64,000 nt of DNA from Chrysomallon squamiferum (lineage: Eukaryota > Animalia > Mollusca): positions 6,076,001 to 6,140,000 of the forward strand of contig CM022677.1 in NCBI GenBank assembly GCA_012295275.1, given 5' to 3'. This document shows, in pieces, positions 27,917-43,558 of this stretch. Below the pieces are notes generated by a model. That model was not told where the DNA came from and ran no database searches. It worked only from the letters and a program-made list of their open reading frames with translations. Position 1 is the stretch's first letter. Each line of letters opens with the position of its first letter. A program made the translations under genes and the position numbers.

Positions 27917-29844
27917 CATACAATCTTACTTGAGCTTTTAAAAATATCCGATTAAACTAGCGCCATCTCAAATACATATATAATGATACATACTATTAAT
28001 ATCCAACATCCATTAGATAAATTGTGCAGTCGGTACTAAAATTAAAATTATATTTATGTATTTATTTATTTATTTATTTATATATTTATTTATTTATGTA
28101 TTTCAGTTAAAGATAATTAATGTAAATAGTGGTATTCATAATATTTCAAGCTATTTTTGGTTGAATCTCAGTTTATAAAACTGAAATCTTGTTAATTTAT
28201 AGAACGTAAATTCCGTCCAGTAATTTGTCCATAGAAAACTACACTGTACGTCATAGTTTCATGTTTCAGTAAATACTCAAATACGATTTGTATCATGACG
28301 TCACTTTTGGAAGAATAAAACTGCACACGTGTTGTCCATAAAACACGTGTTATCCAGACAGTCAGCTACAGGTCTGCACAGCCCGACTTGTCTTCACAAG
28401 TTTCACCCAAACGTTTCTTCAGAAAACACTCGCCGTTGTATAGGACGAACAAGTACCACATTTCTTAAAATATTCTGGTTAAATGCTAACTCGCTATGTA
28501 TCAATTCTACAGCTACTGTTGAAAAAAGGGTACATAACTCTATATTTCGCTGCATCATATTAATTTCTGTTTTTGATTCACGGTTTTAGAGATTTAGTTT
28601 TATCTGTAATATTAATGTGATTTTGTTTTTTGTATAATCTGTAATACAGTCTATAAAAAATGACGTTAATGCACAAGCGCGCACTATAATTCTGATTATC
28701 CACTGATCTTCTATAAAACAAAATATTTATCTTGCGCCTACATACTAAATTATAAAAAAATGTTTTTATTATACGATGTAAATATTTATTTATTTATTTA
28801 TTATTATTATTCTCAAATAAGTGTCTCGCTCATTCTCTCTTTTTTTTATGTTCTGTTTGTCAATAAAGAGGATTGAAAAGTGGATATCTCCAGTGAACTT
28901 GTCTGTGTGAAGCTATAGCTACGTCATAAAATACATTGACATCCAGACTGGAGCGATGATGTTAACGTCTGAAGTCTATGGATATTGAGAAATAAAGAAA
29001 TCAAACAAAGATTAAAATTTTATTTTCTTCTACTGTTGTTGTCGATGTCGTTGTTGTTGTTTTATGTGTGTACTGTAGCATTATAGTAAACACTACAGGT
29101 GTGATTTTACTGCGAGAATACAGTGTACTTTCAGAAATGTAGATTGGGTTTCGGGTTAGCGTGTATTGAAAAATAGAGGAATTGTTTTTTAATTAACAGT
29201 ATCAGATCATTTTATTTTGCATAATAAATAAATAAATAAATAATAAGCTTAATTTTTCTTTAACAGGTATAACGTGTCTAACAAATTGAATAATGAATCA
29301 ACGTCTAATAATGTGTATTATACTCTTTTTTATTACGATAGTAGAATTGCAGTTGAGAGGTGAGAGGCTAGATTAAGATGAATTAACTTCACCATGTTAT
29401 TGGTATTTGCAAGTGCATCGTTCTTAAATACTAGAAAAGTGTAGAATATAGAGAAACATTAATAGACGTTTTTATTACTAAAAGTAAAGTGAAAAGGCGA
29501 GGATGCGCGAGATGAATCTTGTTTATTATAACACAAGTTCTGTAAATATACTCTGTATCTATCTGACTATTATTTAACTATATACATAAACACCGTCTCA
29601 CTGATATGAACTTTCGTATATAACTATCCTCTAAGGCAAACACGTATACCAAACTATTTCTTTTCTATGTGTGTCTGTCTGTGTGTGTGTGAGTCTGTGT
29701 ATGTGTGTGTGTCTATCTCTCTATCTGTTTATTTGTTGATAATTGTTTCTTTATTTATGATGACGACTGCAATACTGACATAACGACATTAACGATAAAA
29801 ACAACAACACTAATTGAAATAATACTACTTAAAATGATAAATAA

Positions 29845-30661
29845 AATAGTAATTTGGTCCTCAAATTTGTTGGACTGATTATTACTATATAATCATTGTT
29901 TACTATTAATAATAATTAGTCCTAATCAGAATACAAGTCAAATTCAAAATTTCAATAAACTAAACTCCTTGACAAATATCACACAAGAATACAATATCTT
30001 TAAAGTCTGCACCAGTTGGGATTTCGAGGTTTGTGCAAGGATGAAGACAATACCAATTTGGGCACCCGTCACATCCTATGAACTCGTCAGAATTCATTCC
30101 ATCAACTCTGTCACAGAGTTCACATTTTTCTTGTGTATCTACTACATCTCTGTCCTCTAGTTCAGGCTCATCATCATCAACGCTTTCTTTGGACGCATCC
30201 ACCCGTTCTGCTGTAGCATTCAAATTGAACTGCCGTTTTGACTTTGGTATCTTCTAATTTTTGTTGTTGTTGTAATTTTGCCTCTAAAACATTTGCTTTC
30301 TTTGCCTTTTCTTCCTCCTCCTTCTTCTTCTCTGCCAACTCTTCTTCATACCTCTTGACACTTTCTTCTTCTGTCAATGCCTCGGCATACCTCATCCTTT
30401 TGATTTTATTGCCCCAAGTGGTGGAGTAAAATAAAAAGCATACTTCTTGCCTAATTATCACATATTAATCAAGTTTCTTCTGCTGAACTTAAAAAACGAT
30501 TATATTTACCTGTTATAACTTATCACTAACCTTATGTCTATAGGACTAAAAAATAACACTCACTTTTGAAACCTCAAAATGCAGTATAGCGGCTGCAAGT
30601 CATAATATACATCGGAGGCCAGAATTGCCCTGAGGCCAGAATTACCCCAACTTATTACTAG
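29845..30661 (-). mobile_element. Deleted DNA-transposon relic: K/E-rich coil plus C-terminal PHD finger (pogo/Tigger-like by inference)
   Basis: AEALTEEESVKRYEEELAEKKKEEEEK, then a frameshift to CELCDRVD...FIGCDGCPNWYCLHPC...FLCDIC. The end carries duplicated GG(T/C)AATTCTGGCC motifs (30617-30648), with a weak inverted remnant at ~29849-29860. No DDE domain is visible. Confidence 0.6.
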
Positions 30662-31857
30662 TTTTAAATAAAATAATTTTAGTGAATTTAGTAAATTCAG
30701 TGAATGATCAATATTCAGGCGACTTGAATTATTTTTCTATTTTATTTAATTTTTTAAATTTTACTCAACACTCAGTCTTATTTGTATATTTACCAACGTG
30801 TGTGTTAAATAGAGTTGTTTCTCTTAGACCACGAACTTCTGAAATAGATTACTCCTCGCATATACGCGGTAACGGTAAATTAGATTTGTTGCTTTTAGAT
30901 GAAAATAACCAATTCTGTATAATGTTTTGTAGCAGACAGAACCAGCTTATTAACATTCCCTGCATTTTCTTTTCCTTTTAACTGACCAGTTTCCTGTATT
31001 TTTGGTTTATTTAACGTGATATTATTATTTGATGAATTATTGTAAAATTGCTATTTCATTTAATGTTTTTCATTTAATTTTATTTATTTATTTTGTTTAT
31101 TTATTTCATTTATTTATTTTATTTATTTATTCCATTTATTTTAGTTGAAAAAGTAGTTCGGAAAGGCGCAAGAGATCACGGTTTTGTAATATGAAAACCA
31201 TCTTTAATTTTGTAAATCATAAAAAGTTCAGAAAGTAGACGTAAAATAATTGTATTGGAAGTTTAATAACTTCCGTGACCTAACGGAAACTTCCGATCGA
31301 AATCCAAGATGGCAGCGTCGAACGCCGATCAATATTTACATACTTCTAAACATGTAGACCTTAATAATGCAATAATTCTACATGAATCATTAAAAGTAAT
31401 TTGGAGAAGTATGTCATATAACCAATGCCGCTTATACATAAATGGCTAATACTTTGTAGCAATTGCTGAAAATGTGGTAACATTTATTATTATTATTTTT
31501 TTTCTGACGTTTACGTAATATACCATCTCGTACCCATTTCGTACTGTTTTTTTCCCACTTTTTATTACGACATCGTCAGCCAAGAAAGAAAAAAAAAGAA
31601 AAAAGAAAGAAAAAAAAAGAAAAAAGTAAATAAATAAAAACAAAATAAAATAAATTAAAATGAAATAAATAGTTTTCACTGTCGCTGGTTGGATGGATGG
31701 ATCTATCCATATAGATATACACACCTACATACATACATATATACATACATATATACATATATACATACACACACGTGTATAGCAATAATAATGTATTTGT
31801 ATGTTTATAAGAAGATTAGTATATATATGTATATAAATGGATAAGTAACTACATTGT

Positions 31858-31896
<39 letters not shown>

Positions 31897-32130
31897 GGGT
31901 GTATAGGTGGTAGATCATAACACACAGGTAAGTTGATAGACAGAAGGTAGATAGATTACTAGAAAGATAGATAGATGCAAGGAGACATGAGTATACCTGC
32001 ACATCTGTAAGAACGACTGAGTCTGTTGCTTATGTATATGGCATAAATAGATAGACAAATAAATGTATTTATAGATAGATAACTAGATAGATAAATACTT
32101 AAAAAGGATGTATACGTACGCGTGTGTGTG
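29995..32130 (-). repeat. Right arm of the ~2 kb inverted repeat (partner 8890-10787)
   Basis: Colinear reverse-complement match to 8890-10787. Confidence 0.92.
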
Positions 32131-34331
32131 TATGCGTATGTTTTTTGTGTGACTGCACCATAGACTGTATAGAGAGACTGTGAGATATATTTATATATTG
32201 AGATATATATATATAGATATATATAGCTAACATAGACAAACATCGCATAAATACATGATTTGGAGAGAATATATATAAAGGTAGACAAAGATTTTTGAGA
32301 TAGTCAGATGATTATAGAGATAATAGATTAAATACAAATAAATAAATAAATACATGAGTGAATAGATGTATGTGTATATATATGTGTGTTAGAGAGGGTA
32401 GATATAGATGGATGGATGGACACACACATAAATAAATAAATAAACAGAATAAATTATATAAATAGATACATAGATACATAGATTCATAATCATGAGTATT
32501 TGTATTTATGTTAGAGGATTGGTATATAACTGAATGTATGAATAAGAGTATGTTTATATGGGTGTTTGATTACAGTTAGATAGCTAGACTGAGAGAGACT
32601 GATATGTAGGTGTGGTTATATGTGTTTGTGTGTTATAGGGAGAGAACAGGTATTGACCTCACTATGAAACAGAGAAGTATGCCATGTGTGTATGTTTTTC
32701 AGAGAATGAGAGATAATTATATAAATAAATATAGATATAGACAGACAGACAGACAAAGGATAGTGATGAATAAATGGTTAGCTAGATAGGTAATGGGCAC
32801 ATGTATATGAGTAAAACAATCAAATGATTTCTTCATTAAAGTCTGTTTCTATGTTAGAAAGAGGTGAGCAGGTGCGAGTTTAAGCTACACCACAGGTTGA
32901 CCATTAAAGAGACAGACAGATAGACAAATAGAAATTGATGAAGAAATAAAACAAATATATAGATAGACAGATAGATAGATAGAAACATGCAGGTAAGTAA
33001 GAATGGATGGAGTGTTAGATGGAGGGATGGATGAAAGTTTTGGTGAAAAGAAGAATTGGGAAAATAATAAATGAATAAAAAGAGGGAATGATGGACTGAA
33101 AGGTTTTCAATTATATAAGCAATTACCTTTCAGACATTATCACATTGTTAACAAATAAGGTCCTCATTGTAGGTCCATGGATTGAGTGATACATCAATGG
33201 AATTTGGCTTAATATATAAACTGTGTGATGAGGAATATGTGGAGTTCGGAGGGAGGCATGACTGGAAGTACAAATAAATTGTTAATGAGAGACTAGTGAT
33301 TTCTGGTATTGTTTTTTCTGGAAATCTAGTCTGATGGCATCAACACTAAAAGCATAGTCTTAATCTGCTGATTAGAAGGTAAATATGATAAGATAAGAAG
33401 TGTCTATAATATTTTCTGTTAAATAGCACATTAAACACAGAACCTATAATGCATAATTATACTTAAACATCTGGTAAAATAAAATAATCCATCTAATTAG
33501 AGTAATCTGGACAGTGACAAAGAGAGTAAGAAAGCCAGAGTGAAATATTTATATGTCATAACTTATTCTTAAGAACATTCACTTCTGTCTATATTCTGTT
33601 TCTGTCTGTCTATCTGTATATAGCAATGGCTTTCAAAATAATGGCAATGTATTCGAAATTAGAAAAAAGTAGCAATACGCTATATATAGACTGCAAATAT
33701 ATGGAGCGGCGAACGACACTAGTTTTCTGTCTTCTGAGTATGAATAAAATCTGATATCATTTCTGAAGTGAGTTTCAACATTTCAAAATAAAAAATAAAT
33801 AGAACAAATTAAAATATATAAACTATACTTAATTATATAATAATGTAGATTTTAAAAACAAAATCTGTGCTCAACCTGGTGTATGTATGTATGTATTCTA
33901 AAACATTGCTGAATTATTGTTGCTGTTATGTAAATATATGTTCACAAATGCAACATTGAGAGGAAAAAACTTCTTTAATCACCACCACTGATCAAGATAT
34001 AAATGACTGGCATGATTTACACGTTTATGATGTTTCGTGTTTGAAACGTTTTGTCAACTTTTGTGTTCATCAGTTGTTTTTGCCAGTTCATGCTTTTGTT
34101 TTGCTTCCAGTTCATGCTTTGATCGGGAAGAACATGGACGTCGGTGCCCTTGCATTGGACGTGAACGATCGGGAGAACCAAAGAAATCCACCTGTACAAG
34201 AAGAAAAGAAAAATGTTTATTTATTATAATGTTATCTTTACTTCATTCGCAGTACAGCTGTGTCTAATATAAAAGTAGAGAATATTTGTGAAAAAAAAAA
34301 ATGTTTCAATATATTTTATTATAACTTATAC

Positions 34332-34755
34332 TCAGGATGTATCCATGGGTTGAATATCTCTGTCGTCGAAGGGTTTCACGTCCATGGGCTCTTCAACGCG
34401 GATTCAGAAAAAAAAATTAAAATACTTTTTATAAACCATTATCTAAATAATCTTAGACTTTTAGAACTGATGAAAAGTTGTCGTCTGAGATTGAGATTTA
34501 TGTTTCCTTCAATTTTTTATTTCTTTTATTATTTTTTATTATATAATTCTTATTTTATTTGGGATCGTGTAGAAAAAAAAATTCTGACAAGAGTATTTTT
34601 ACCAACATAAGTAACCAAAATAAACACAGTTTTCAATTAAATAGCTGATCTAACATTAATATAGCATAATCTAATTTGAACAAAACACCACGTCCAATTT
34701 AAACTAAAATATGTTAATAATATAAAAATTAAACTCACATCAATGTGAACCTCAT
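34332..34755 (-). pseudogene. Micro-peptide gene copy 1 (29 aa if spliced 34755-34739 + 34404-34332); acceptor mutated
   Basis: ATGAGGTTCACATTGAT|GTGAGT joins in phase 2 to give MRFTLIIRVEEPMDVKPFDDRDIQPMDTS*. The acceptor reads TG at the position where copy 2 has AG. Confidence 0.45.
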
Positions 34756-35327
34756 TATTTGTAGATGAAATTCAGTATAAAAAGCAAAAAAAAAAAAAAC
34801 ACAAACAAATATTATTTTTAGATATAAAATAGAAATATCCGCTTAGGATAAATTTCAGTTTGTAAGTAGAAAGTCCTTAATTATTTAAATGGTATTGTAA
34901 TTTATTCCTTAGCTATTATTGTAGTCGTAATAATAATTTTTAAAAATTCTGGAAGATTTCCAGTCATTTTAAGGCATCCCTAAACCCCAATGTATTTGAC
35001 TTAGAAATAATTATTGATATTTAAACCAATGTAAAACCAAGGTACTAGTGTTTGATCCAAGAGGTCCCATAATATTTTTTATATGAAGTAATACATTTCA
35101 GTCATGTTTACATATTTATTAAAAGGTTTTCCTCTGACTCAATTATTTCTTTTAACTTACATATTAAAATTCGGCTCATTTCCTCTGATATATAATTCGA
35201 AATAATTTTTCAAATATCTTTTGAAATGTTTTCATTTTTTAGTTTCTGAAGAAACTTAGTAATCAAAGGGTAACTAAAAATGTGTTTCTCAGCTGAAATG
35301 TAAATAACTCTTAATAATAATAATAAT

Positions 35328-35384
<57 letters not shown>

Positions 35385-35884
35385 GGCTATAAATAAATAA
35401 ATAAATAAATGAGTATTAAAAAGACTCTTATATTTAGCATTAATACCAGTATCGACTGTTATGTGAAGTGCTAATATAACAGATTATATAACTGCTAATA
35501 TAACAGAACAACAATGTCTGGAGGTACCTGCACATGTAGTCATGGCGCCACCTTGTACAGTTGAGATCTTTAGAATATAAAGAGGAAAACCCTGGGACCG
35601 GTCCTGGGTGTGATCACTAAGATATACGAAGCGGCTAACCACACGAGATTTCTGTCTTCTCAGTATGAATAAAATCTGACATCATTTCTGAAATGAGTTT
35701 GAACATTTCAAAATAATAAATAAATAGTACAAATTTATAAACTATACTTAATTATGTAATAATGTTGATTTTAAGAACAAAATCTGTGCTCAATCCTGAT
35801 TGCATGAAAGAGAAAAACAACACCATTTTTTTATTTAGAAAAATATTAATCTTTACAAATGTAAAAATACATATGGTACATGGG

Positions 35885-35946
<62 letters not shown>

Positions 35947-36459
35947 GTTCTAAAACATGTATGTATGTATATGTTCTAAAACATTGCTGAATTATTGTTA
36001 CTGTCATGTAAATATATGTTCACAAATGCAACATTGCGAGGAAAAACGTCTTTAATTTGCTGTCACGACCACTGATCAAGGTATAAATGACTGGCATGAT
36101 TTACATGTTTATGATGTTTCGTGTTTGAAACGTTTTGTCAACTTTTGTGTTCATTAGTTGTTTTTGCCAATTCATGGTTTGAGCTGCTTTGAGCTTCCAG
36201 TCAGCTACAGGTCGTGCTTTTCACGTGCCCGCTACACACGGGAAGAGGGTGGAGCCCATGGACGTCGGTGTCCTTGCATTGGACGTGAACGATCGGGAGA
36301 ACCAAAGAAATCCACCTGTACAAGATGAAAAGAAAAATGTTTATTTATTATATAATGTCATGTTTACTTATTCGCAGTATAACTGTGTCTAATATGAAAG
36401 TAGAGAATATTTGCGAATAATAATAATGTTTCAACATATTTTATTTTGATACTTTATAC

Positions 36460-37034
36460 TCAGGTTGTATCTATGGGTTCCCCGAATGGGTCAACCTCCA
36501 TTGGTTGAATGTCTCTGTCGTCGAAGGGGTCAACCTCCATTGGTTGAATGTCTCTGTCGTCGAATGGGTCAGCCTCCATTGGTTGAATGTCTCTGTCGTC
36601 GAATGGGTCAACCTCCATTGGTTGAATGTCTCTGTCGTCGAAGGGGTCGACGTCCATGGGCTCTTCGAAACGGATTCTGAAAATAACAGAACTGTTCAAG
36701 TATTTTATAGAAACCATTTACTAAATATTTTTAGACGTGAATAATTAATAAAATAATAGTTCTCAGATAATGAGACTTTTTTTACACTCCTTTATTCTTT
36801 TTAAATAAAAACATTCGAAACACTATCTGTAATTGATTGTTGTTGTTATTTTTATGTAAAAATAAGAATTTTTTGACATATAAGAAACAGGAATCGTAGC
36901 ATTAGAGGTTATCGTTGATTATCTAATCTAAAAATAATCTAGTACAACCTCACTGTGAATAAAACAATATGTCCAGTTTGGACTTAAATATGTTAATAAT
37001 TTAAAAATTAAACCTACACAAATGTATCCTTCAT
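36460..37034 (-). CDS. Micro-peptide gene copy 2: 77-aa acidic repeat peptide (exons 37034-37018 + 36676-36460)
   Basis: ATGAAGGATACATTTGT|GTAGGT...ttttcag|AATCCG gives MKDTFVIRFEEPMDVDPFDDRDIQ(PME[VA]DPFDDRDIQ)x3PMEVDPFGEPIDTT*. A GT follows the stop directly, a strong acceptor opens a further exon at 36315, and ATTAAA near 36056 is conserved in copy 1. Confidence 0.5.
36485..36660. repeat. 39-bp tandem repeat, ~4.5 copies
   Basis: GGGTCAACCTCCATTGGTTGAATGTCTCTGTCGTCGAA(T/G) unit; a single unit in the paralog at 34345-34390. Confidence 0.92.
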
Positions 37035-37836
37035 CACTTGCAGGTGCAATTCAATATATAAAGTAAAATTGAAGGAAAGTAAAGTCAGAACTAACTCGAA
37101 TGCGCAAATCTTCGATATCGCCAACTGTATCTATGTAAACAAAACAGTGATGACGTCATATACCCGAACGTAAAAACGAATTTAGCCGAATATTAATTTT
37201 TATTTTCAACTCCGATCGATAGTATAACTTCTAATTTGTAAGCACGAAATCTTCAGTGATTTAAATTTTATTAGAATTTATTTTTTAACTATTGTCATCA
37301 ATAATTATTATTTTTTATTTTCGAAGTAATTCATGTTATTTTATGTATGTCTACCGCAAAGATATGTCTTGCTATTGAAACCGAAACAAAACCAAGAACC
37401 GAGATGTCCGATTATTGTAATAAATTAATCTAAATTTCAATCATTATATTTACTGATCACCATGTTCACATTCTTCACGTTTATGATGTTTCGTAAATAA
37501 CATAGTGTTTTAATAATTATTATCAGCTTTATATTCATCGGGTGTTTTTTTATCAGTTTGTGGTTTGAGCTGCTTTTCGCATCATGTCAACTGTCATGCC
37601 GTGCTTGTTGGACCACTACACACGGGAAGACGGTTTTGCCCATGGACACCCATGGAGGTGACCCACCCGTAGAAAGAAAGAAATCTACATCTACAAGAAG
37701 AAAGAAAATACCTTTCATTCGTCTTTCATATCAGGATGTATCCAAGGTTTCTGTTTTCTACTCAAAATAAGGCAAATGTCTTGGCTCAACTAGAACTATC
37801 ATCATTAAATTATGCAGTTCTGACAGCAGAAACAAG

Positions 37837-37902
<66 letters not shown>

Positions 37903-39032
37903 CCTTATCACAATTATTTCAGGCTGTATGTTTGTTTTAATCTAAGCCATGGATTTTACGATATATATAAAATTGAATTTATTAATGTAGAGGTGATATA
38001 CGTTTGAAATAAATATCTAAGAAAACGCTCTTAATAATCAGAGCTATTTGCTATGTGGCTGATAAAAGGCCATTTTGAATACGTTCATTCACATAGAAAG
38101 TTGAAATTTTGTAGCGTGGGTTTTCAAAATTAAATACTGCTACAAATAAGTTTATAATGTCTTGAGCATTTTAATATACAATTGTTAATGATAACAACAA
38201 ATAATTATGACAAAGTAACAATAACTAATAACCATAGCAATAACAGTAATAAAAATAATACAATAATTTTACTATTATCGTTATTCATTATTATAACTTA
38301 ATTACAATAGTTTTACTATTATCGTTATTCATTATTATAACTTAATTACAATAAAAAGAAAAGTTTTAAAAACGCAACTGTGCTCCGTGTGAAACTAGCA
38401 GAGAAAGACAACAGTAGAAACTGTAGATAAATGGCTATAAGAGATAAACTGTTTTATTTGCGTAATAAATCGTAACAGTAACACTAAATTTCAGTCACAA
38501 TTAACAGATAAACAAAGAAACAAGAAGAATAACATTTTACCAGTTGTATGAAACTTCATTGAAATAATTTGTTCATAATTTTAACAGAACCTTAAAAACG
38601 AACGTTAGCAGAACACAATTATTTTCTGATTATACATTTATTTTTTGTTATAACCTTATAATAACCAGTTTGTATTATCCCAATTTGTATAATGTTAATG
38701 TAATATTAACATTAGTAATGTACATTTCAGTATAACTGTCTTCATGTTTTTGCATAATGCTAAATATACTGTACTTTATATTAAGGTTTTGGCTCTTAAC
38801 AATATTGTTTTGATATAATGTTCCTCATAATAATTTTATATAATAGTAATTATATTAATATTTAACATTTTATTTTAATATTAGCACATGAACAAAGGAT
38901 GTTTTATAATGTTCTTCATAAGTATTTTCGTCTCATTTATTTAGGCTGACTATATCAATATACCAATACAACTAAAATATCAAATAAATGATCACATGGT
39001 AGATTTCTTTTTATCTTTCTTTGTTGCTGACG

Positions 39033-39530
39033 TCAGACAGACGTCTCTGCGGAATTCCTGTTTGGTTTCAGAAATCTTTGTCTTCTTCTGTCTCTAAATA
39101 ACTCGTTTTGTGAGGAAGATCTGTCTGCTTCATCTTGATGTCTGTCTGTGTTTCCAACATTAGAAACAGTCTCTGGGATATTTGGCATGGTGGTTATGGT
39201 ATTTGCAGAACAAGGCACACTGTTTGTGGCATGTTGCATTGTATTAGTGGTATGTGGACTAGTATTTGTAATATTTGTGTTTGTGGTATATGGTATGCTA
39301 TCAGGGGTAGTTTCAGAATAAGGAGGAGGTAACTCGTTTTGATATGATGACAAAGTCAAATCTGCCAACAGAAAATGAAACAAAAGTAAACATAAATGTG
39401 GTAATTTTCAATGAAAATAACAATCATTAACATTGTTTATATCGTGTTTAATTATTTTTATACCTTTTTACACATTTACAGACAATGTAGTAAACTGCCA
39501 GTGACTCATTTCATACTGATACAAATATAT

Positions 39531-39565
<35 letters not shown>

Positions 39566-39612
39566 CACATGCACACACTAGATACTTGTAAAGGAAAGCA
39601 CTCAACATCACA

Positions 39613-39648
<36 letters not shown>

Positions 39649-40192
39649 GAAATTACATATCTATTTCTTTTGTAATGTTAACCATTAATCATTTGCTATT
39701 CACTATTTAACATTTATTATAAAATTATTATTAAATTATAATGTATTAAATTTTAGATCAATAACCATAAATGAATTTCAGAGAACACATAACAAATATC
39801 TTATTATAAACACATAATAACATAAAAACAAATCTGCGTACCTGATTGAAAGCTGTCGTTAGGGAGACCAGGGTAGGGGGAGGTGCCCCTAGATCTACCT
39901 GGTCAGTGGAATCAATAACAAAGACAGGAGACATGAAATAGACGGTGCTGTCAGTACGGTTGACGTTGACAACGATGCTGCCACATCGTCGTCTGGGTGG
40001 TGTGTGGTTTTGCTGGCGATGTCTGACAATAAGTCCCTGTAACTGTAGCAACGGCAGCTACAACAGCCAAACTTCCAAAACTACATCCTGTGACTAATCC
40101 AATGAAAGTGCTGTTTTCTTTATGGGCAGTAGAAGAACAACAAAAAATAAAGAAAAATAAATAAGTAAATAATAATAAAAAATAAATAATAA

Positions 40193-40231
<39 letters not shown>

Positions 40232-40867
40232 CAACAACAACAACAATAATAATAATAATAATAAAATAACAAACAAACAAACAAATATAAATAATTTTTA
40301 TTTTTTATTTTGTAACGAATGGGACCATATTTTAAAGGTTTTTGATAGTATATCATTATATTGTTATACTTTGTTGTTGTCTGGAAAAACAACTGATTAT
40401 TGTGTTCACTGTGGTGTTTGCCTCTAAAAAGTGACATTTAAATGTTTTTGTACCAGTATATCATTATATTGCCATACTTTGTTTTTTTGAATGATTAACC
40501 TAAACAGTGACCACCTACAGTATATTTTTTTGATTAACCTCACCACCATATATATTCTAAAATAACATATATATTTTATTTATTATTATTCATTATCCTT
40601 TCGAACGTAATGTTCTTGATAAAATTTACGATCTTTAAATCAATTCAGTTGTCAACGATTCTTGATAAATAGGTAAATAATTAAAATAATGAATAAATTA
40701 AAAAATTAATAAATAAATTCACCTGCTATCTGGACAGCCTGATACATTATTTTGAAACCATTTTCACTGGTGGAGCTATCTGAGAAAAACCTCAGAAACG
40801 TGTTGTTCGGTGCTCTGAAACTGTGGAGTGGAAGTACCACAGAATGACCCAAGCTTGACTGCAGATG
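39033..40867 (-). pseudogene. 3' part of a CUB-domain single-pass membrane protein gene with PPxY motifs, disrupted
   Basis: Exon 40867-40723: LGSFCGTSTPQFQSTEQH[fs]FLRFFSDSSTSENGFKIMYQAV, the C-terminal half of a CUB domain. Exon 40126-39842: TM segment FIGLVTGCSFGSLAVVAAVATVTG[fs]LIVRHR...GAPP[fs]PYPGLP, acceptor TG. Last exon 39361-39033 is open with ELPPPYSE. Confidence 0.75.
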
Positions 40868-41006
40868 CTGAAAAACAAATACTTAATGACAGTGAGTAAG
40901 TAAGACAGACCGAGACAAATGACTTTGCTAATTGACTTTAGAAAGAGAGAGAGATGTAATGAGAAAATAAGTCAAAGAGAGAGAGGGATAAACAACAAAT
41001 GACTGT

Positions 41007-41097
<91 letters not shown>

Positions 41098-41279
41098 TCA
41101 GAATGTAAATGGGTGGGGTTAAGCAGGGGGACAATGTTCAACTACTTTTTAGTTTCAGTTATTGTCTGATTTATGTATTCAGAATTGTGTAATTCTGTGA
41201 AAATGAGGTGACTAGGAGTGTGAAGAAAAAAAACAATGAAAATAAAATCATTCAGCTCATAGCGTCTGCTACTTTTTTG

Positions 41280-41885
41280 CCAGGGGAAGGAGCGCTCACC
41301 CATTTTTATCTATCCGCCCCCTGCCCTAGACCCGTCAGACAGCTTGTGAAGTTCAGAACCAAGTTGAAACTTTAAAGTTTCTTGTCAGCATGTTCCTCTG
41401 TGTGAGCTCGTAGGATCGAATCACATCGTTTTCTGGAGGTTCCATTTATCCTGTACGGATAATTAACGTAAGGAACATAACTCTAATCTAAGCTTGTGAA
41501 CCCCTGTCACTAAAGGCAGATAAGTCTAATCAATATAATTTTTACTTAGTGGAATAAACTCCTCCCACTTCCTGTAACACATCATGGCTTATGTCACGTG
41601 ACCTTATATATATAAAGAATATGATTTTTCCACAATCTTTACGTGCTTCACAACAGCTTGCTCTGATTAGCACGTTAATTTTTTTCATTCATTTCATTCA
41701 TTCCACAATCTTTCATAGATGAATCTGGGATCGGAAAGTACTGTTTGGAACCGCCAAAAATTCCGAGATTCGATCACAGAATGCTGACAAGAAACTTTGA
41801 AGTTTCAACTTGGCTCTTCACAAGCTGTCTGAGCGCGGGGGACTAGGGCAGGAGGGCATGCGTACGCACCTCACCCCCCTGTCAG
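41280..41885. mobile_element. MITE-like element with long imperfect terminal inverted repeats
   Basis: 41320-41391 (CCTGCCCTAG...CAGACAGCTTGTGAAG...CCAAGTTGAAACTTTAAAGTTTCTTGTCAGCAT) is inverted at 41781-41852; the 33-bp core has one mismatch. Confidence 0.72.
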
Positions 41886-42085
41886 GACCCGAATTTGAAT
41901 TATACTTTATATTTACTTCAGTACAATTATTCGTTTTTATTTCTTAAACTATTTTTTTTTTATTCTGCTGTTACAGTTTTCTATTATTTGAATACTTTTT
42001 TTTATTAGAATAATTTTTTGTTATCTTCGCTAAATAATTAAACAGCATATCCCAAACACGACAAATATAATTGTGTTCAGAATTT

Positions 42086-43540
<1,455 letters not shown>

Positions 43541-43558
43541 AGATACTGTCAGAGATGC

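Larger units (their letters stand above)
33724..37760. repeat. Diverged tandem segmental repeat: copies ~33724-34900, ~35649-37300 and partial 37450-37760
   Basis: TTTCTGTCTTCT.AGTATGAATAAAATCTGA at 33724 and 35649; GTTTATGATGTTTCGT in all three copies; TCAGG.TGTATC in all three. Confidence 0.85.

Noticed and set aside
33125-33405. Possible minus-strand decayed exon
   Set aside because: Splice-like ends, but stops in the frames read and no recognisable family.
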